Below are positions 9,855-19,707 of a stretch of DNA of 64,000 bases, in pieces (the stretch's first letter is position 1; every line of letters begins with the position of its first letter). The notes beneath the pieces were generated by a model that worked only from the letters and a program-made list of their open reading frames with translations, did not search any database and was not told where the DNA came from. Where the stretch lies: positions 3,420 through 67,419 of the IMG/VR virus record IMGVR_UViG_3300028558_000027. One strand, given 5' to 3'. The translations under genes and the position numbers were made by a program. The stretch is from a virus.

Positions 9855-11968
9855 ACGATCCTGGAGATACCGTTGGAGAACTCGATATTCACTCGATGGG
9901 GAATGAGGCCCTTGAATTCGCTGCTGTGATCAACCACGAGCACGAGTCGATCATGGGCGTACTCAGAGAGGATCTCGAAGCACGCCTCCTTGGATACGGA
10001 GTCCAATCCCTCGAAGCACTCATCTAGAATCAGCCACCCAGGACAAGCCCCCTCTCGGCGGCTGATGACGGCACCCACGGCCAGATCGACAGCCAGTTCA
10101 ACCGCTGACTGCATACCTCCAGAGAGACCGGCTTCGAACGGTGCTTCAAAATCCCCGACTGTGATGACGGGAACGATTTTCTTCTGCACGGAGCCCTTCT
10201 GGGTGACCGACTCCGATGCAAACCGAAGTGTGCAGTGCCTGGTGTTGGCGACCGCCCCCAAGATCTTGTTCGTCTCATCCGAAATCTCCGCCAAGACCTC
10301 GTCAAAAATGGCGCCCAGAAATCCCTCGCGCCCGATCATGGCCAAGAAGTCTTTCTCGGCAGACAAGGACGCTGTCGATTCGTTGAGTTCAGCTTGAAAC
10401 TTGGCAAGTAACGCTATGGCGCCGTCACGAGCCTTGTACTGGCTCTCTAGACGGGTCACTTCCTGACGACAGGCCGAGACATTCAGGGCCAACTCCTCAG
10501 TGTCGATGCCATGAAACTCGGCAGTGATTGGATTCAGTATCTGAAGCGTGACCTGCTGAGCGTCCCGGACAGCCTGCAGTTGCTTCTTCTCCAATTCCGT
10601 GACGGCACTCTGCAGTTGTGCCTTCTTGGCGGTGTATTCGGCACGCGCAACCGACTTGAGTGAGGTAAGGCGTTGACGTTCTGCTGCCACTTGGTCACGC
10701 AACTGGGCATGAACGGGCTCCAACTTCGCGATCATAGGATTGGGCACGAACGCTGGTGCTGCCGCTAACGCGTCCGAAAGACGCTTGATCTCAACCTCGA
10801 TGTCGTAGATCGCGGTCAGTTTCGCTTCTACGTCGATGATCTGGCGTTCGATGGCCTTGAGCTGTGAGGACGCCTTATCCCAGGGACGGTTACAGGTTGA
10901 GCAAAGCTCTTGCTCCAGTACGGCAAAATCTACACGAAGTCGATCGGTCTCCGCGACGAGTCCCGCCTTCGCCCCTGCTTTGGCCTTCAGCCCCTGGATG
11001 ATTCGGTTCTGCTGTGCCTTCCAGGAGTCGAGCTGCTGGCGCTTGGTCGCGTCCGCATCCAAGAGCTTCTCGATGCGGTCCTTGGCGCCGGCCGCGAGCA
11101 CCAGGAGACGCTCAATCTCGGTCTCATCATCACCAATTTCAGTCAGCGTAACTCCCGCGAGTTCTTCACGAGCTGCCTGTAGAGCAGGGGCGAACGAAGC
11201 GGCGGCCTCCTTTTCTTCGAAGGCCCGAGTCTTTCTGAAAGCGTCAATATTTGCTTTCAGTTCGGACTTCAGGACGCGTGCCTGGGCCAGGTCGGCTTCC
11301 GACGTCACCAGCAGCTCCTTCGCGACCTCCAGGGAAGCCAGGCCGACATACCCCTCGACGTCAGAGCGCAGGCGATCGACGCCGGTCCTGACGGCTGTCG
11401 TCTTGCCTTCGAGAACCGACACCTTGGTCTTCCCGTCTTCAAGGGCCAACTCGAATTTATCCAGCCCCAAGAGCTGCATCAGAAATTCCTTCTTCTGAGC
11501 GTCACTCTTGGACATGAACAAGCCAGGTTTCTTTTGGCCGCGGTAAGTCAACATTGCCAGCATCTCGGGCTTCAGACCGATAATGCGCTGCAGCTCCTCC
11601 TCGATCTGAGCAGAAGACCCTTTGAAGGGTGTGCCGGCGACCGTCAAGGTGGTCTTCTTGCCGCGCTGAATTACGACGAGACCTTTGTCGGTATCAAACT
11701 CCAGCGAGTGGGCGCCGCCTTTCGGCGCCTGCCAAGACACAAGGTCAACAGCAGAGAAAGGCGCGATCCCGAGGGCACTGGCAATCGCTAGTAAAAACGA
11801 TGACTTACCACTGCCGCTGCTTCCGCCAGTGTCCTTGTTCGTACCCGATACGAGCAAAAGACCGGACCGAGGAAACTCGTAGGAGACGGGCTCGACGAAC
11901 GAGCGGAGCCCTTGTATTGAGATCTTACGGAGTGCGGTAGTCCCATTCCTGGGCATGGGGAGTGACAT
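9851..11968 (-). CDS. sbcC: SbcC/Rad50 (gp46-like) recombination ATPase
   Basis: Walker A SGSGKSS, coiled coils, CSTC zinc hook, LSGG signature, ILDE Walker B. Confidence 0.9.
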   Translation of the reverse strand: MSLPMPRNGTTALRKISIQGLRSFVEPVSYEFPRSGLLLVSGTNKDTGGSSGSGKSSFLLAIASALGIAPFSAVDLVSWQAPKGGAHSLEFDTDKGLVVIQRGKKTTLTVAGTPFKGSSAQIEEELQRIIGLKPEMLAMLTYRGQKKPGLFMSKSDAQKKEFLMQLLGLDKFELALEDGKTKVSVLEGKTTAVRTGVDRLRSDVEGYVGLASLEVAKELLVTSEADLAQARVLKSELKANIDAFRKTRAFEEKEAAASFAPALQAAREELAGVTLTEIGDDETEIERLLVLAAGAKDRIEKLLDADATKRQQLDSWKAQQNRIIQGLKAKAGAKAGLVAETDRLRVDFAVLEQELCSTCNRPWDKASSQLKAIERQIIDVEAKLTAIYDIEVEIKRLSDALAAAPAFVPNPMIAKLEPVHAQLRDQVAAERQRLTSLKSVARAEYTAKKAQLQSAVTELEKKQLQAVRDAQQVTLQILNPITAEFHGIDTEELALNVSACRQEVTRLESQYKARDGAIALLAKFQAELNESTASLSAEKDFLAMIGREGFLGAIFDEVLAEISDETNKILGAVANTRHCTLRFASESVTQKGSVQKKIVPVITVGDFEAPFEAGLSGGMQSAVELAVDLAVGAVISRREGACPGWLILDECFEGLDSVSKEACFEILSEYAHDRLVLVVDHSSEFKGLIPHRVNIEFSNGISRIV

Positions 11969-12087
11969 TTATAGAACTAGTAGCGAAACTAGTAGAAGCG
12001 CAGGCATTGCATCTTACTGCGTCACAATATCCGCAGTCGCAGATGTACGACCACACGTGGAGACCGTGTTGCGTACCGGAGCAGCCT

Positions 12088-12336
12088 TCAGATTGGCTTG
12101 TTTCGGGGGTCGTTTGCGACTCGGTCACGGTTCAGCTCCTCAGCATCAGAAAATCGTTCAACTGCGCGTGTCATTGCCCCGTTGTCGAGGGTCTCTTTGA
12201 GATGGGCGGAGGGGCCCTTGGGGTCTCGACGAAGTTTGCGCCCGCACGTACAGGTCTGCTTCTCGGCTAGTGCAGCATCAAGCACACGCCGAACGCGTTC
12301 CTTGCAGCCGCTGCACTTGAAATAAAAGACCGGCAT
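12088..12336 (-). CDS. FmdB-like zinc-ribbon protein
   Basis: MPVFYFKCSGC...CTCGRKLRR pattern. Confidence 0.7.
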   Translation of the reverse strand: MPVFYFKCSGCKERVRRVLDAALAEKQTCTCGRKLRRDPKGPSAHLKETLDNGAMTRAVERFSDAEELNRDRVANDPRNKPI

Positions 12337-12339
12337 CGA

Positions 12340-12558
12340 TTACAGACAGAGACTGCAATTAGGACCACACGAAGAGGAGTCCTCTTCGTGTGGCAGCGGA
12401 GGAGCCGAAAGGAGAGTCTCAGGCTCTAGGTCGGGGACATTGTCCAGGCGGCGAGTCTTGGCCACATGAACCACTGCGAATCCGCCAACAAGGGCGATGG
12501 CGAAGCAGAAAAAGAACAAAAACGGGACAAGAAAATCCATCTCAGAACTCCTTACCAA
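12340..12558 (-). CDS. small membrane protein
   Basis: One hydrophobic helix; Cys-rich C-terminus. Confidence 0.55.
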   Translation of the reverse strand: MVRSSEMDFLVPFLFFFCFAIALVGGFAVVHVAKTRRLDNVPDLEPETLLSAPPLPHEEDSSSCGPNCSLCL

Positions 12559-13463
12559 GGAAATGTTGTAAAGTCGGCGTCGGTGGAAGGGTCCGACAGG
12601 AAGACGTCGAAACCGACGAGAGTATTTAGTGCCTTGGACGCTGCATTGGGATCGAGCGAGTCGTCTTCCGGCAAAACATCCGTGTAAATAGCCGCAGTCA
12701 AAATGGCCCTGCGCCCGCCGAGATCCTCGCTCGCCAGGTTAACCTGAGACAAACCAGCGCTTCCGTACTTCCAGATGCCACGTCTTTCCATGTCATTTAG
12801 AAAAGCCGCCCATCTAGCTAGATAGACCGTTGGTATATGTCCAGACGGTGACACGGGGACTTTTAGGTGTGCTACGCGAAGAACCGCCACGTGCGTAGCG
12901 TCGACGACGTGAAACGCAGACGAAAGACGGCGCTGAAGAAGTGCCTTCGCAGGTACAGAGAGCGCCCTTGAGACGAACGACTCTAGCGTGACAACCCGGG
13001 TGCTGGGAAATACGCGAAACCAAAGGCGTCGTGAGATCGTGACTGCACGGGCAATGAATACGAGAAGTGCCAGATATAGGCGCGTCGCCAGACGTTGACG
13101 TGCTATGACCTTGTTCGTCTCGTATTGGTGGGGGACGCTGTCTCTGACGTTATTCTGCCGATTCGACGCGCACTCTATAGCTAGAGCGAGTCCGTTACTA
13201 GTGAACGGCTCCTTATTAGCATTGTCGAAAAAGCCCGACGTTCTGAGAGAAGCGGCGGCGAGAGATGGATCTGGCTTTGGTGCCAGAACCTTAGATCTGT
13301 GCCGACCGGTCTGCGGATCGATAGCAACTGGCAGACCATTTTCTAAAAAGAGGGGCGTACCGTCGTCCTTGGCGGCTTGATAAACGAAGGCGCCATTTTT
13401 AAGGATTGTAAGAATGACCGGAACGCCGTTGACAAGTGCCGGCGTCGCTCGTGTTAGCTCCAT
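12552..13463 (-). CDS. hypothetical protein
   Basis: 303-aa ORF in operon; no family recognised. Confidence 0.65.
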   Translation of the reverse strand: MELTRATPALVNGVPVILTILKNGAFVYQAAKDDGTPLFLENGLPVAIDPQTGRHRSKVLAPKPDPSLAAASLRTSGFFDNANKEPFTSNGLALAIECASNRQNNVRDSVPHQYETNKVIARQRLATRLYLALLVFIARAVTISRRLWFRVFPSTRVVTLESFVSRALSVPAKALLQRRLSSAFHVVDATHVAVLRVAHLKVPVSPSGHIPTVYLARWAAFLNDMERRGIWKYGSAGLSQVNLASEDLGGRRAILTAAIYTDVLPEDDSLDPNAASKALNTLVGFDVFLSDPSTDADFTTFPW

Positions 13464-13481
13464 TATGAAAGACCTTTCTGA

Positions 13482-15254
13482 CTACGGGCGCTCGTCTGCA
13501 GGGTTATAGTTCTCGTCTCGGAGATAGCTGGCCGTCGCCCTCGCCTCCGAACGCTCCAGTTCAAGATCGCGCTGGAAAACAACGATGCCGCCGCACGTGC
13601 CGAGCTGGGAGGCAATCGAGATCGAGTTTCGAATAGCCTCCAGGACCGCCGGAGTCGAATCCAACAAACCGCCGTCGTAGGCGTCGACGTGGCGCTGCTC
13701 CAGGAAGTCGTAGACGACAGTCTTACCTGCCGCAATGCCAAGCAAAATCTGCTCGAAGATCGAGTCGGTTTCAGCCTCGTCGACGATCCCGCAGTTCGAC
13801 ACAAGGCGACCGTAGGGCGTACGAAGGGCCGGCTTGATGATCTCGTTGCAGACCTCGTCGTCAGGCAGAAGAGTACAGAGCTTCAGAAGGGTCCAACCAC
13901 CGCCCGGCAGGACGCCGTGCTTGAGGGCCCCTCGCACAGCGCAGACCGCGTCTTCGGCTCGGTCGCGTTTCTCCTTGCACTCGCCGTTCGAAGAGCCGAT
14001 GACTGTCAACTTGGCGATGCCGTAGGCCAGCTTCGCTTTGCGCTCCTTGATGAGCATGCCGTCGAGAGTGGACTCGGGATTGTCCAACATCGCGTTCAGC
14101 TCGTCGATGCGGGCCAAAAGAAGGTCTTCGTCCGCGTAGCCGATCACGTTCGACCGGAAGCGCGAAGCCTCGAACAGCTCGACGCCGGGACCTACAACAT
14201 CGAGGTCGGCACGCTCGGCCGGGTTGGAGAGCGGATTCAGAATTTCCGCTCCCGTGACGGCGGACAGATCTTGGAGAAACTGCAGCTGACCGTTGCTCTG
14301 TTGCGACAGAGGGGCGAGAAGAGGAAAGACGTTGATGGAGCCGTCAGTCTGGAAGTTTAGAGCCAGGCTCGCCAGAACCGTCTCGCTGAAGCCGGTGGCC
14401 ACCAAGACCACGTTATGGTGGTCGAAGTGTTGGCTTTTATCGGACCAAGCGTTTGCGATTCTCTCCAGGAGAAGCTGGACAGCCCCGATCTCCGAAATAC
14501 TACCGTGATACAGGACGAAGACGGGGTTCTCGAGGACGCAGCGCTGGGTGCCAGGATCATTCACGAAGGCGGAATAGAATTTGAGACAGGACTGGTCGTA
14601 GCCGCTACCGATCGCAAACCCCTGGATAGGATCCACTGCGTAGCCGCTGGCGCCGTTTCGCTCGACGATGGTAACGTTTCCTTCGTCTCCGGTGATGGCG
14701 AAGCACTTCATCACCGCATCGGCCAGCGCGCGATCGCCGTTGGCCGAAACGCGCGCCACCGAATGAAGAAGCTTCTTGCCCTTCTTGGTATCGAGCTTGA
14801 CGTTGCGAGTCAGCTTCTTAACACCAGGCTCGATGACGTCACGAAAGAGTTCTTCCAGCCGACGGACAACTCGCTGCGGCGACACCTTAGGGTGCGACTC
14901 GCAGTAGGCGTTCAGGTAGCGCCCGAACGCTTCCGACAGAATCGTCGCGGTGGTGGTTCCGTCTCCAGCTTCGGTAGCTGTTCGTACAGAGGCGTCGCGG
15001 TACATCTCCATCACGCACTGCTGGGCAGGATCGGTAAATCCCAAGGAACGAAAGACCGTGACTCCGTCCTTCGTGATGTTCGGGATGAGCCCCTCTTCCT
15101 GACGCTCGATCAGGACCGGCTGGCCGCCTGGTCCAAGAGTGGCCCCGACGATGTCCGACACGACCCTCATCGTGTCGAGGATCAACCGCTTGAGAGCGGG
15201 GCCCTTAACGTGAATCTTCTTCGAAACCGACTGCACTTTCTGGTACGCCATCAC
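13482..15254 (-). CDS. groEL: phage chaperonin GroEL-like
   Basis: TLGPGG, ITKDGVTV, AGDGTTTA, RAEDA and GVLPGGG motifs. Confidence 0.95.
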   Translation of the reverse strand: MMAYQKVQSVSKKIHVKGPALKRLILDTMRVVSDIVGATLGPGGQPVLIERQEEGLIPNITKDGVTVFRSLGFTDPAQQCVMEMYRDASVRTATEAGDGTTTATILSEAFGRYLNAYCESHPKVSPQRVVRRLEELFRDVIEPGVKKLTRNVKLDTKKGKKLLHSVARVSANGDRALADAVMKCFAITGDEGNVTIVERNGASGYAVDPIQGFAIGSGYDQSCLKFYSAFVNDPGTQRCVLENPVFVLYHGSISEIGAVQLLLERIANAWSDKSQHFDHHNVVLVATGFSETVLASLALNFQTDGSINVFPLLAPLSQQSNGQLQFLQDLSAVTGAEILNPLSNPAERADLDVVGPGVELFEASRFRSNVIGYADEDLLLARIDELNAMLDNPESTLDGMLIKERKAKLAYGIAKLTVIGSSNGECKEKRDRAEDAVCAVRGALKHGVLPGGGWTLLKLCTLLPDDEVCNEIIKPALRTPYGRLVSNCGIVDEAETDSIFEQILLGIAAGKTVVYDFLEQRHVDAYDGGLLDSTPAVLEAIRNSISIASQLGTCGGIVVFQRDLELERSEARATASYLRDENYNPADERP

Positions 15255-15275
15255 AGATGCATGTAGCGAAACTTC

Positions 15276-16769
15276 TCAAACCTTGGTGGGCAGAGCACCA
15301 AGAGATCCGTGTTTCGCCCAAAAAGGCCTCTTCACAGGTTCCCAGTGCGTGCCTCCCGAGACGAAGCGCCCGAGAGCGTAATTGTTGCCGTAGGTCCCGA
15401 TGGTCTGGTCGAAGGGGCAGATGGCGGCGTAGCGAATACGATCGCCCTCAAGACGAGTCTTGCGAACCGCAACGTATGTCGCTCGCGTCGATTTCGACAT
15501 TCCCTTGTTCTCCGTCGCTCCGTTGTCGGTCCACCGAATATCTTCGGCAGGTCCAAGAACAATTGCTGTCGTGCAGATCTTGACGAGATCAGACGATCCA
15601 TGAAAATCCTCCAGCGTCGGCAGGAGCGGCTGATACTTTCCTTTCTCGGACTTTCGAAGGTGAGCGACGACAAGAATCGGCTTGCCGTAGTTCAAGGCGA
15701 GGTCTCGCAATTTTTTGACGGTCTTCTTCATTTCGGCGTTTTCGTTGTCGCTGTCGCCGGTGTCGATATAGTGAATGTGGTCAAGGATAATCAGGTCGGA
15801 GTCTTCCGCGACCTTCGAAATCTCTCTCTCCAACGTCTCGACGGTGAAGTCTCCGTGGGTGCGGTAATAGGTCCGCAGCCCTTCGAGACCTTTCATGTAC
15901 CGATCAGCGTCGTCGCTGTACTGACCGAGGACGTATTGCAGGCGATTCTGCCTCCAAAGGCCGTACTCGATGTGCACGTTCCCTGGATGGCCCTGAGCAA
16001 AATAGGCGCGAGAAATCAGAGAGTATTTCATGCGCATCTCTATCTCGCGGTCCTCTGCTTCCAGGGCAAAGAAGGCCACCCGCTTTTGACCCTCAGCCAC
16101 ACGGCGAGCAATGTTCGTGACGAGCTGTGTCTTACCCGCTCCGCTCTTGCTACCGATGAGGATAACGTCTCGACGCATCATGCAGCCCAGAGCGTCGTCT
16201 AGAAACTTGATGCCGTATGGAATCGTGTGCTTGGCGTCCTCAATCCGGTTTGCTTCCTCCGACAGGACGCGTATCGCACTGGACTCAAACCGGTTCGTAG
16301 TCTGGCCAATCTGCTCTATCCGATTGAGGTCAAGATCGAGCTTGCCGATGATTTGCTTCGAGAGCTGGATATCACCCCTCTTAAACGCCGGCTGCAGCTC
16401 GGTCATGATGCCGGACATAATCGTGCGGCCGGTCGCCCACAGCTTGAGATCCGAGGCTAGGCCGTCTTGCCCAAGCTTTGTCGCAAAATCCAAAGCCACC
16501 GACAGTGTCTGTTCGATGCGTTTTGACGTCTGGGTGTCCTCTCCCGCCGTCGCTGCCCCCTGAACCTCGTACGACGTGGGCTGGCGACTATGACGAACGG
16601 AGAAGACAGCTAGAGCATCCCAGAGCTTCTGATTGAAAGGATCAAGGAACCAGCTCGTCTTCACCCCCCAGACGTTGCACTGCGCAAGAAAATACTTGTC
16701 TTGGATCGCGTGACCGAGGACTGCCGCTTGCTTCTGTAGGGATTGCGTGATCGCTTCGAAGTTCTCCAA
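15276..16769 (-). CDS. dnaB: DnaB-like replicative helicase
   Basis: SKSGAGKT Walker A, FALE, IILDHIH, VAHL and GSSDL motifs. Confidence 0.9.
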   Translation of the reverse strand: MENFEAITQSLQKQAAVLGHAIQDKYFLAQCNVWGVKTSWFLDPFNQKLWDALAVFSVRHSRQPTSYEVQGAATAGEDTQTSKRIEQTLSVALDFATKLGQDGLASDLKLWATGRTIMSGIMTELQPAFKRGDIQLSKQIIGKLDLDLNRIEQIGQTTNRFESSAIRVLSEEANRIEDAKHTIPYGIKFLDDALGCMMRRDVILIGSKSGAGKTQLVTNIARRVAEGQKRVAFFALEAEDREIEMRMKYSLISRAYFAQGHPGNVHIEYGLWRQNRLQYVLGQYSDDADRYMKGLEGLRTYYRTHGDFTVETLEREISKVAEDSDLIILDHIHYIDTGDSDNENAEMKKTVKKLRDLALNYGKPILVVAHLRKSEKGKYQPLLPTLEDFHGSSDLVKICTTAIVLGPAEDIRWTDNGATENKGMSKSTRATYVAVRKTRLEGDRIRYAAICPFDQTIGTYGNNYALGRFVSGGTHWEPVKRPFWAKHGSLGALPTKV

Positions 16770-16776
16770 TGGTCCT

Positions 16777-17529
16777 TTATTTCTGATCCTCTGCCGGAAC
16801 GTATTTCTTAAGCCATGCTGCCAATTCGGGCTCGCCTTCGGCCAAGGCCATCACCTCTCGTCGTGTCTGGCGACACTCAGCTTCGATGTCGCCAATGCCG
16901 TATGTATCGAAAAGATAGCGTTCCCGCTCAGCCTCGGTCGCGGGGGCATAGACCGTCTCGTAAATATGGGTGGGGATCGCGATGTCGTATCCTGGTAAGG
17001 CCGTGTACCCACGAGAGGCCTCGCTTCCTGCTTCAGCGTAATCCCTCCACTGACGCAGGAATTTAATCGCGGCGAAGGTCATGGTACTGTCGCCGACGCG
17101 CTTCTTGTACACACCGACAGCCGACATCAAGTTACGAAAATCCTCCTCGGTCTTGATGTCCTGGTCGAAGAGGGCTTTGGTCTGATCCTTGGGAGAGAAA
17201 TTGTTGGCGGGATACACGCGCCAAAAGGTGTCAAACCAAGAAGGTGCCGGCGGTTTTGGGATAGGCGTAGATTGCTTCTTGGGTTGAAGAGCTGGAGCCG
17301 GCGTCGGAATGTCAGAAGACAAGCCTTCGGTTAGGATGTCAGCAGGCGCCGGAGGTATGTGAGTCACCGGAGCAGGGGCCTGGGCCGTAGTTCTCCACTC
17401 TCCTGCCGCGAGGGCCAACCAGTGGTCCTCTGGGGTGTTGGCGTCAGCCCACCGGAGATAGAGGTTTTTGTCCTCCGGACTCAGTCTGTTGAATCTGTTC
17501 AGGGCTCTCGTCTCCATCTTCGTCTTCAT
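16777..17529 (-). CDS. putative replication initiator / helicase loader
   Basis: WFDTFWRVYP...K..A..F motif typical of phage replisome organisers; directly upstream of dnaB. Confidence 0.55.
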   Translation of the reverse strand: MKTKMETRALNRFNRLSPEDKNLYLRWADANTPEDHWLALAAGEWRTTAQAPAPVTHIPPAPADILTEGLSSDIPTPAPALQPKKQSTPIPKPPAPSWFDTFWRVYPANNFSPKDQTKALFDQDIKTEEDFRNLMSAVGVYKKRVGDSTMTFAAIKFLRQWRDYAEAGSEASRGYTALPGYDIAIPTHIYETVYAPATEAERERYLFDTYGIGDIEAECRQTRREVMALAEGEPELAAWLKKYVPAEDQK

Positions 17530-17860
17530 CGTATTTTATTTTCTCCACCTCTTCGATCAGCGCTTCTACGTCCAGGATTTCAGGGCACCATTTGCCCGCA
17601 AGCTTCGTTCTTCGACGCGCCTTCCTGGCAAAGCAGCTGTCGATTAATTTTTTCTTAGTGTCGAAGACCGTGCTTGGGTTACAGGCAGCTAAAACCGCCA
17701 GACCTTCGAGCCTAAATGGAATGCAGTGTCCTCCAGCGATCCCAGTCGCCGGTTTCTGGCTAAGAGCTAAAATCACGACTGTGCGCTGAGCAGGACTGAA
17801 GCCATTTTCCTTCAGGAGCTTCGTTAAACGGTAATCGATAAATACAAGCGTCTTTGCCAT
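17444..17860 (-). CDS. hypothetical protein, possibly winged-helix
   Basis: First gene of the leftward operon, next to the repeats; helix-turn-helix-like spacing. Confidence 0.55.
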   Translation of the reverse strand: MAKTLVFIDYRLTKLLKENGFSPAQRTVVILALSQKPATGIAGGHCIPFRLEGLAVLAACNPSTVFDTKKKLIDSCFARKARRRTKLAGKWCPEILDVEALIEEVEKIKYDEDEDGDESPEQIQQTESGGQKPLSPVG

Positions 17861-17900
17861 GGTAGTAAGCTGTCGTTTCTAAGTAGCGAAACTTTCGCGT

Positions 17901-18058
17901 TCACTTCGGCCATTCCGAAGTGAAAACGTCACAAGCTCACTTCGGCCATTCCGAAGTGAGAAATACGTCTCACTTCGGCCATTCCGTAGTGAAAGCCAAT
18001 CTCACTTCGGAATGGCCGGCAACAGTATGCATTGATCCGGAATTCATTGATCCGGAAT
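17901..18058. repeat. palindromic iteron-like repeats, probable replication origin or operator array
   Basis: TCACTTCGGCCATTCCGAAGTGA at 17901, 17937 and 17970 (one mismatch); inverted partial copy at 18002; CATTGATCCGGAAT at 18030 and 18045; located at the strand switch. Confidence 0.8.
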
Positions 18059-18252
18059 ATACATTGTAGGCCGCGAGGTGCCTCCGGCTCCTCTCCCCGG
18101 ATTCGGACCGGAGCCTGCGGCTTCGCCTTCGGCCGGAGGGATGCATCGAGATTCGGTCTTGAGTCAGTCCGATGTATCCGAATCGCATCTGAGCAAACTA
18201 TTGCGTCTAACCCCTCCGGGCTTGAGTGGAGTTTCGCTACATGCATTCCTAC

Positions 18253-19707
18253 ATGTTGCGTGTCTCGACTCCTACTCAGCTGCATTTAATCGGCTACGAC
18301 AAACGTAAGTCCGAACTGCTGAAGCAGTTGTCGTACGTTGACAACAAAATCGACTACCAGCTTCGGAAGTTCAAGTCAGGTGCCTCTTGGTTCATTCGAA
18401 GGAACGGACAAGAGGCATACGAACTTCGAGTAAATGAATTACTTGCTGAGAGAACAAAGAGTCTCTTGTTCGAAGACGACTCTGGACTCTGGACCTATAG
18501 CGGACTGGCTACTCAGCTAGCAGAGAGTATGGACGACCGAATCCAAGCAGGACCTGCCCGTCCTTCTCCGAAGGCGATTCCCTGGGCTACTGCCCCTGCC
18601 TACCCGAACCGCTACTACCAGGACAAGGCGGAGGAGAAGCTCCTGGAGGCAGGTCATGCTGGTGTTGAGATCGGAACTGGGCTTGGAAAAAGCACCATCA
18701 TCCGAAATCTTCTGAAGGCCATTGGGCTCCAGGCAGTGATCATGGCTCCGTCCGTGAACATCGCCCTCCAGCTCTATGACGACCTGGTGTTGCACTTCGG
18801 AAAGGCAAAGGTCGGCCAGTTCTTCGACGGCAAGAAGCAGTTCGACAAGCTGTTCACAGTGGCCGTCGCCCAGTCGTTGACCAAGGTCGCGGTCGATTCC
18901 CCTATCTGGAAGAAGCTGTCCCAGGCTGCGGTGTTCATCGCGGACGAGAGTCACCAGTGTCCGGCTGCGACTCTTGCCAGGGTGTGCTTCGGGCTGGTGA
19001 AGAATGCACCGTACCGATTTTTCTTTTCAGGCACCCAGGTCAGGAACGACGGCCTGGGAATGCTTTTGGACGCGATCACTGGCCCTATCGTTTACCGCAT
19101 GACGGTCCAGGAGGGTGTTGACCAAGGCTTCTTGGCTCGTCCTGTGTTCCGCATGGTCCGGATGAAGTCCACGGTGACTGACGACCGAGGTCAGCTGTTC
19201 GACTCCAACGACGTGAACGAGCTGACTCGCGCTCACGTCTACTACAATCCACAGGTTGTAGCCGCCGCCGCCCAGATGGCCAATAAAGCAGTGTCTCTCA
19301 TGGGGAGACAGACTCTGATTCTGGTCGACGAACTTGAGCAGTGGGAGCACCTTGCACCGCTTCTTCGTTACGAGGCGAAATTTGCCAACGGCGGTCCAAA
19401 GTCTGACCCGAAGGAGTTGGTAGCTCGTTTCAATGCCGGCGAGTTTCCGATTCTTGTTGGAACCAGCTGCGTAGCTACCGGCACAGACTTCAAAACCGTC
19501 CAGTGCATTATCTACCTCCGCGGCGGCAAGTCGGAGATCGAGATCAAACAGGGGGTCGGCCGGGGTACCCGACTGGTCCCGGGCAAGGCTGACTGCATCG
19601 TGATTGATTTTGCGATCGATAACGTCGAGCAGCTGGCTCGACATGCCAAGGCCAGGAAGGCTCTCTACTCGGAAATCTACCCTAGCTACTCGGAAGTGAC
19701 CATTTGA
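18253..19707 (+). CDS. superfamily 2 (UvsW-like) helicase
   Basis: GTGLGKS, IADESH, SGT and QGVGRGTR motifs. Start moved to MLRVS, downstream of the promoter motif. Confidence 0.9.
   Translation: MLRVSTPTQLHLIGYDKRKSELLKQLSYVDNKIDYQLRKFKSGASWFIRRNGQEAYELRVNELLAERTKSLLFEDDSGLWTYSGLATQLAESMDDRIQAGPARPSPKAIPWATAPAYPNRYYQDKAEEKLLEAGHAGVEIGTGLGKSTIIRNLLKAIGLQAVIMAPSVNIALQLYDDLVLHFGKAKVGQFFDGKKQFDKLFTVAVAQSLTKVAVDSPIWKKLSQAAVFIADESHQCPAATLARVCFGLVKNAPYRFFFSGTQVRNDGLGMLLDAITGPIVYRMTVQEGVDQGFLARPVFRMVRMKSTVTDDRGQLFDSNDVNELTRAHVYYNPQVVAAAAQMANKAVSLMGRQTLILVDELEQWEHLAPLLRYEAKFANGGPKSDPKELVARFNAGEFPILVGTSCVATGTDFKTVQCIIYLRGGKSEIEIKQGVGRGTRLVPGKADCIVIDFAIDNVEQLARHAKARKALYSEIYPSYSEVTI

Noticed and set aside
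11925-12128. Small Cys-rich minus-strand ORF
   Set aside because: It overlaps both neighbours and the sbcC promoter motif; it may be real but is not supported well enough to list.
17901-18018. Mini CRISPR array
   Set aside because: Spacers are only 9-13 nt, the last repeat is inverted and no cas genes are present; iterons or operators fit better.
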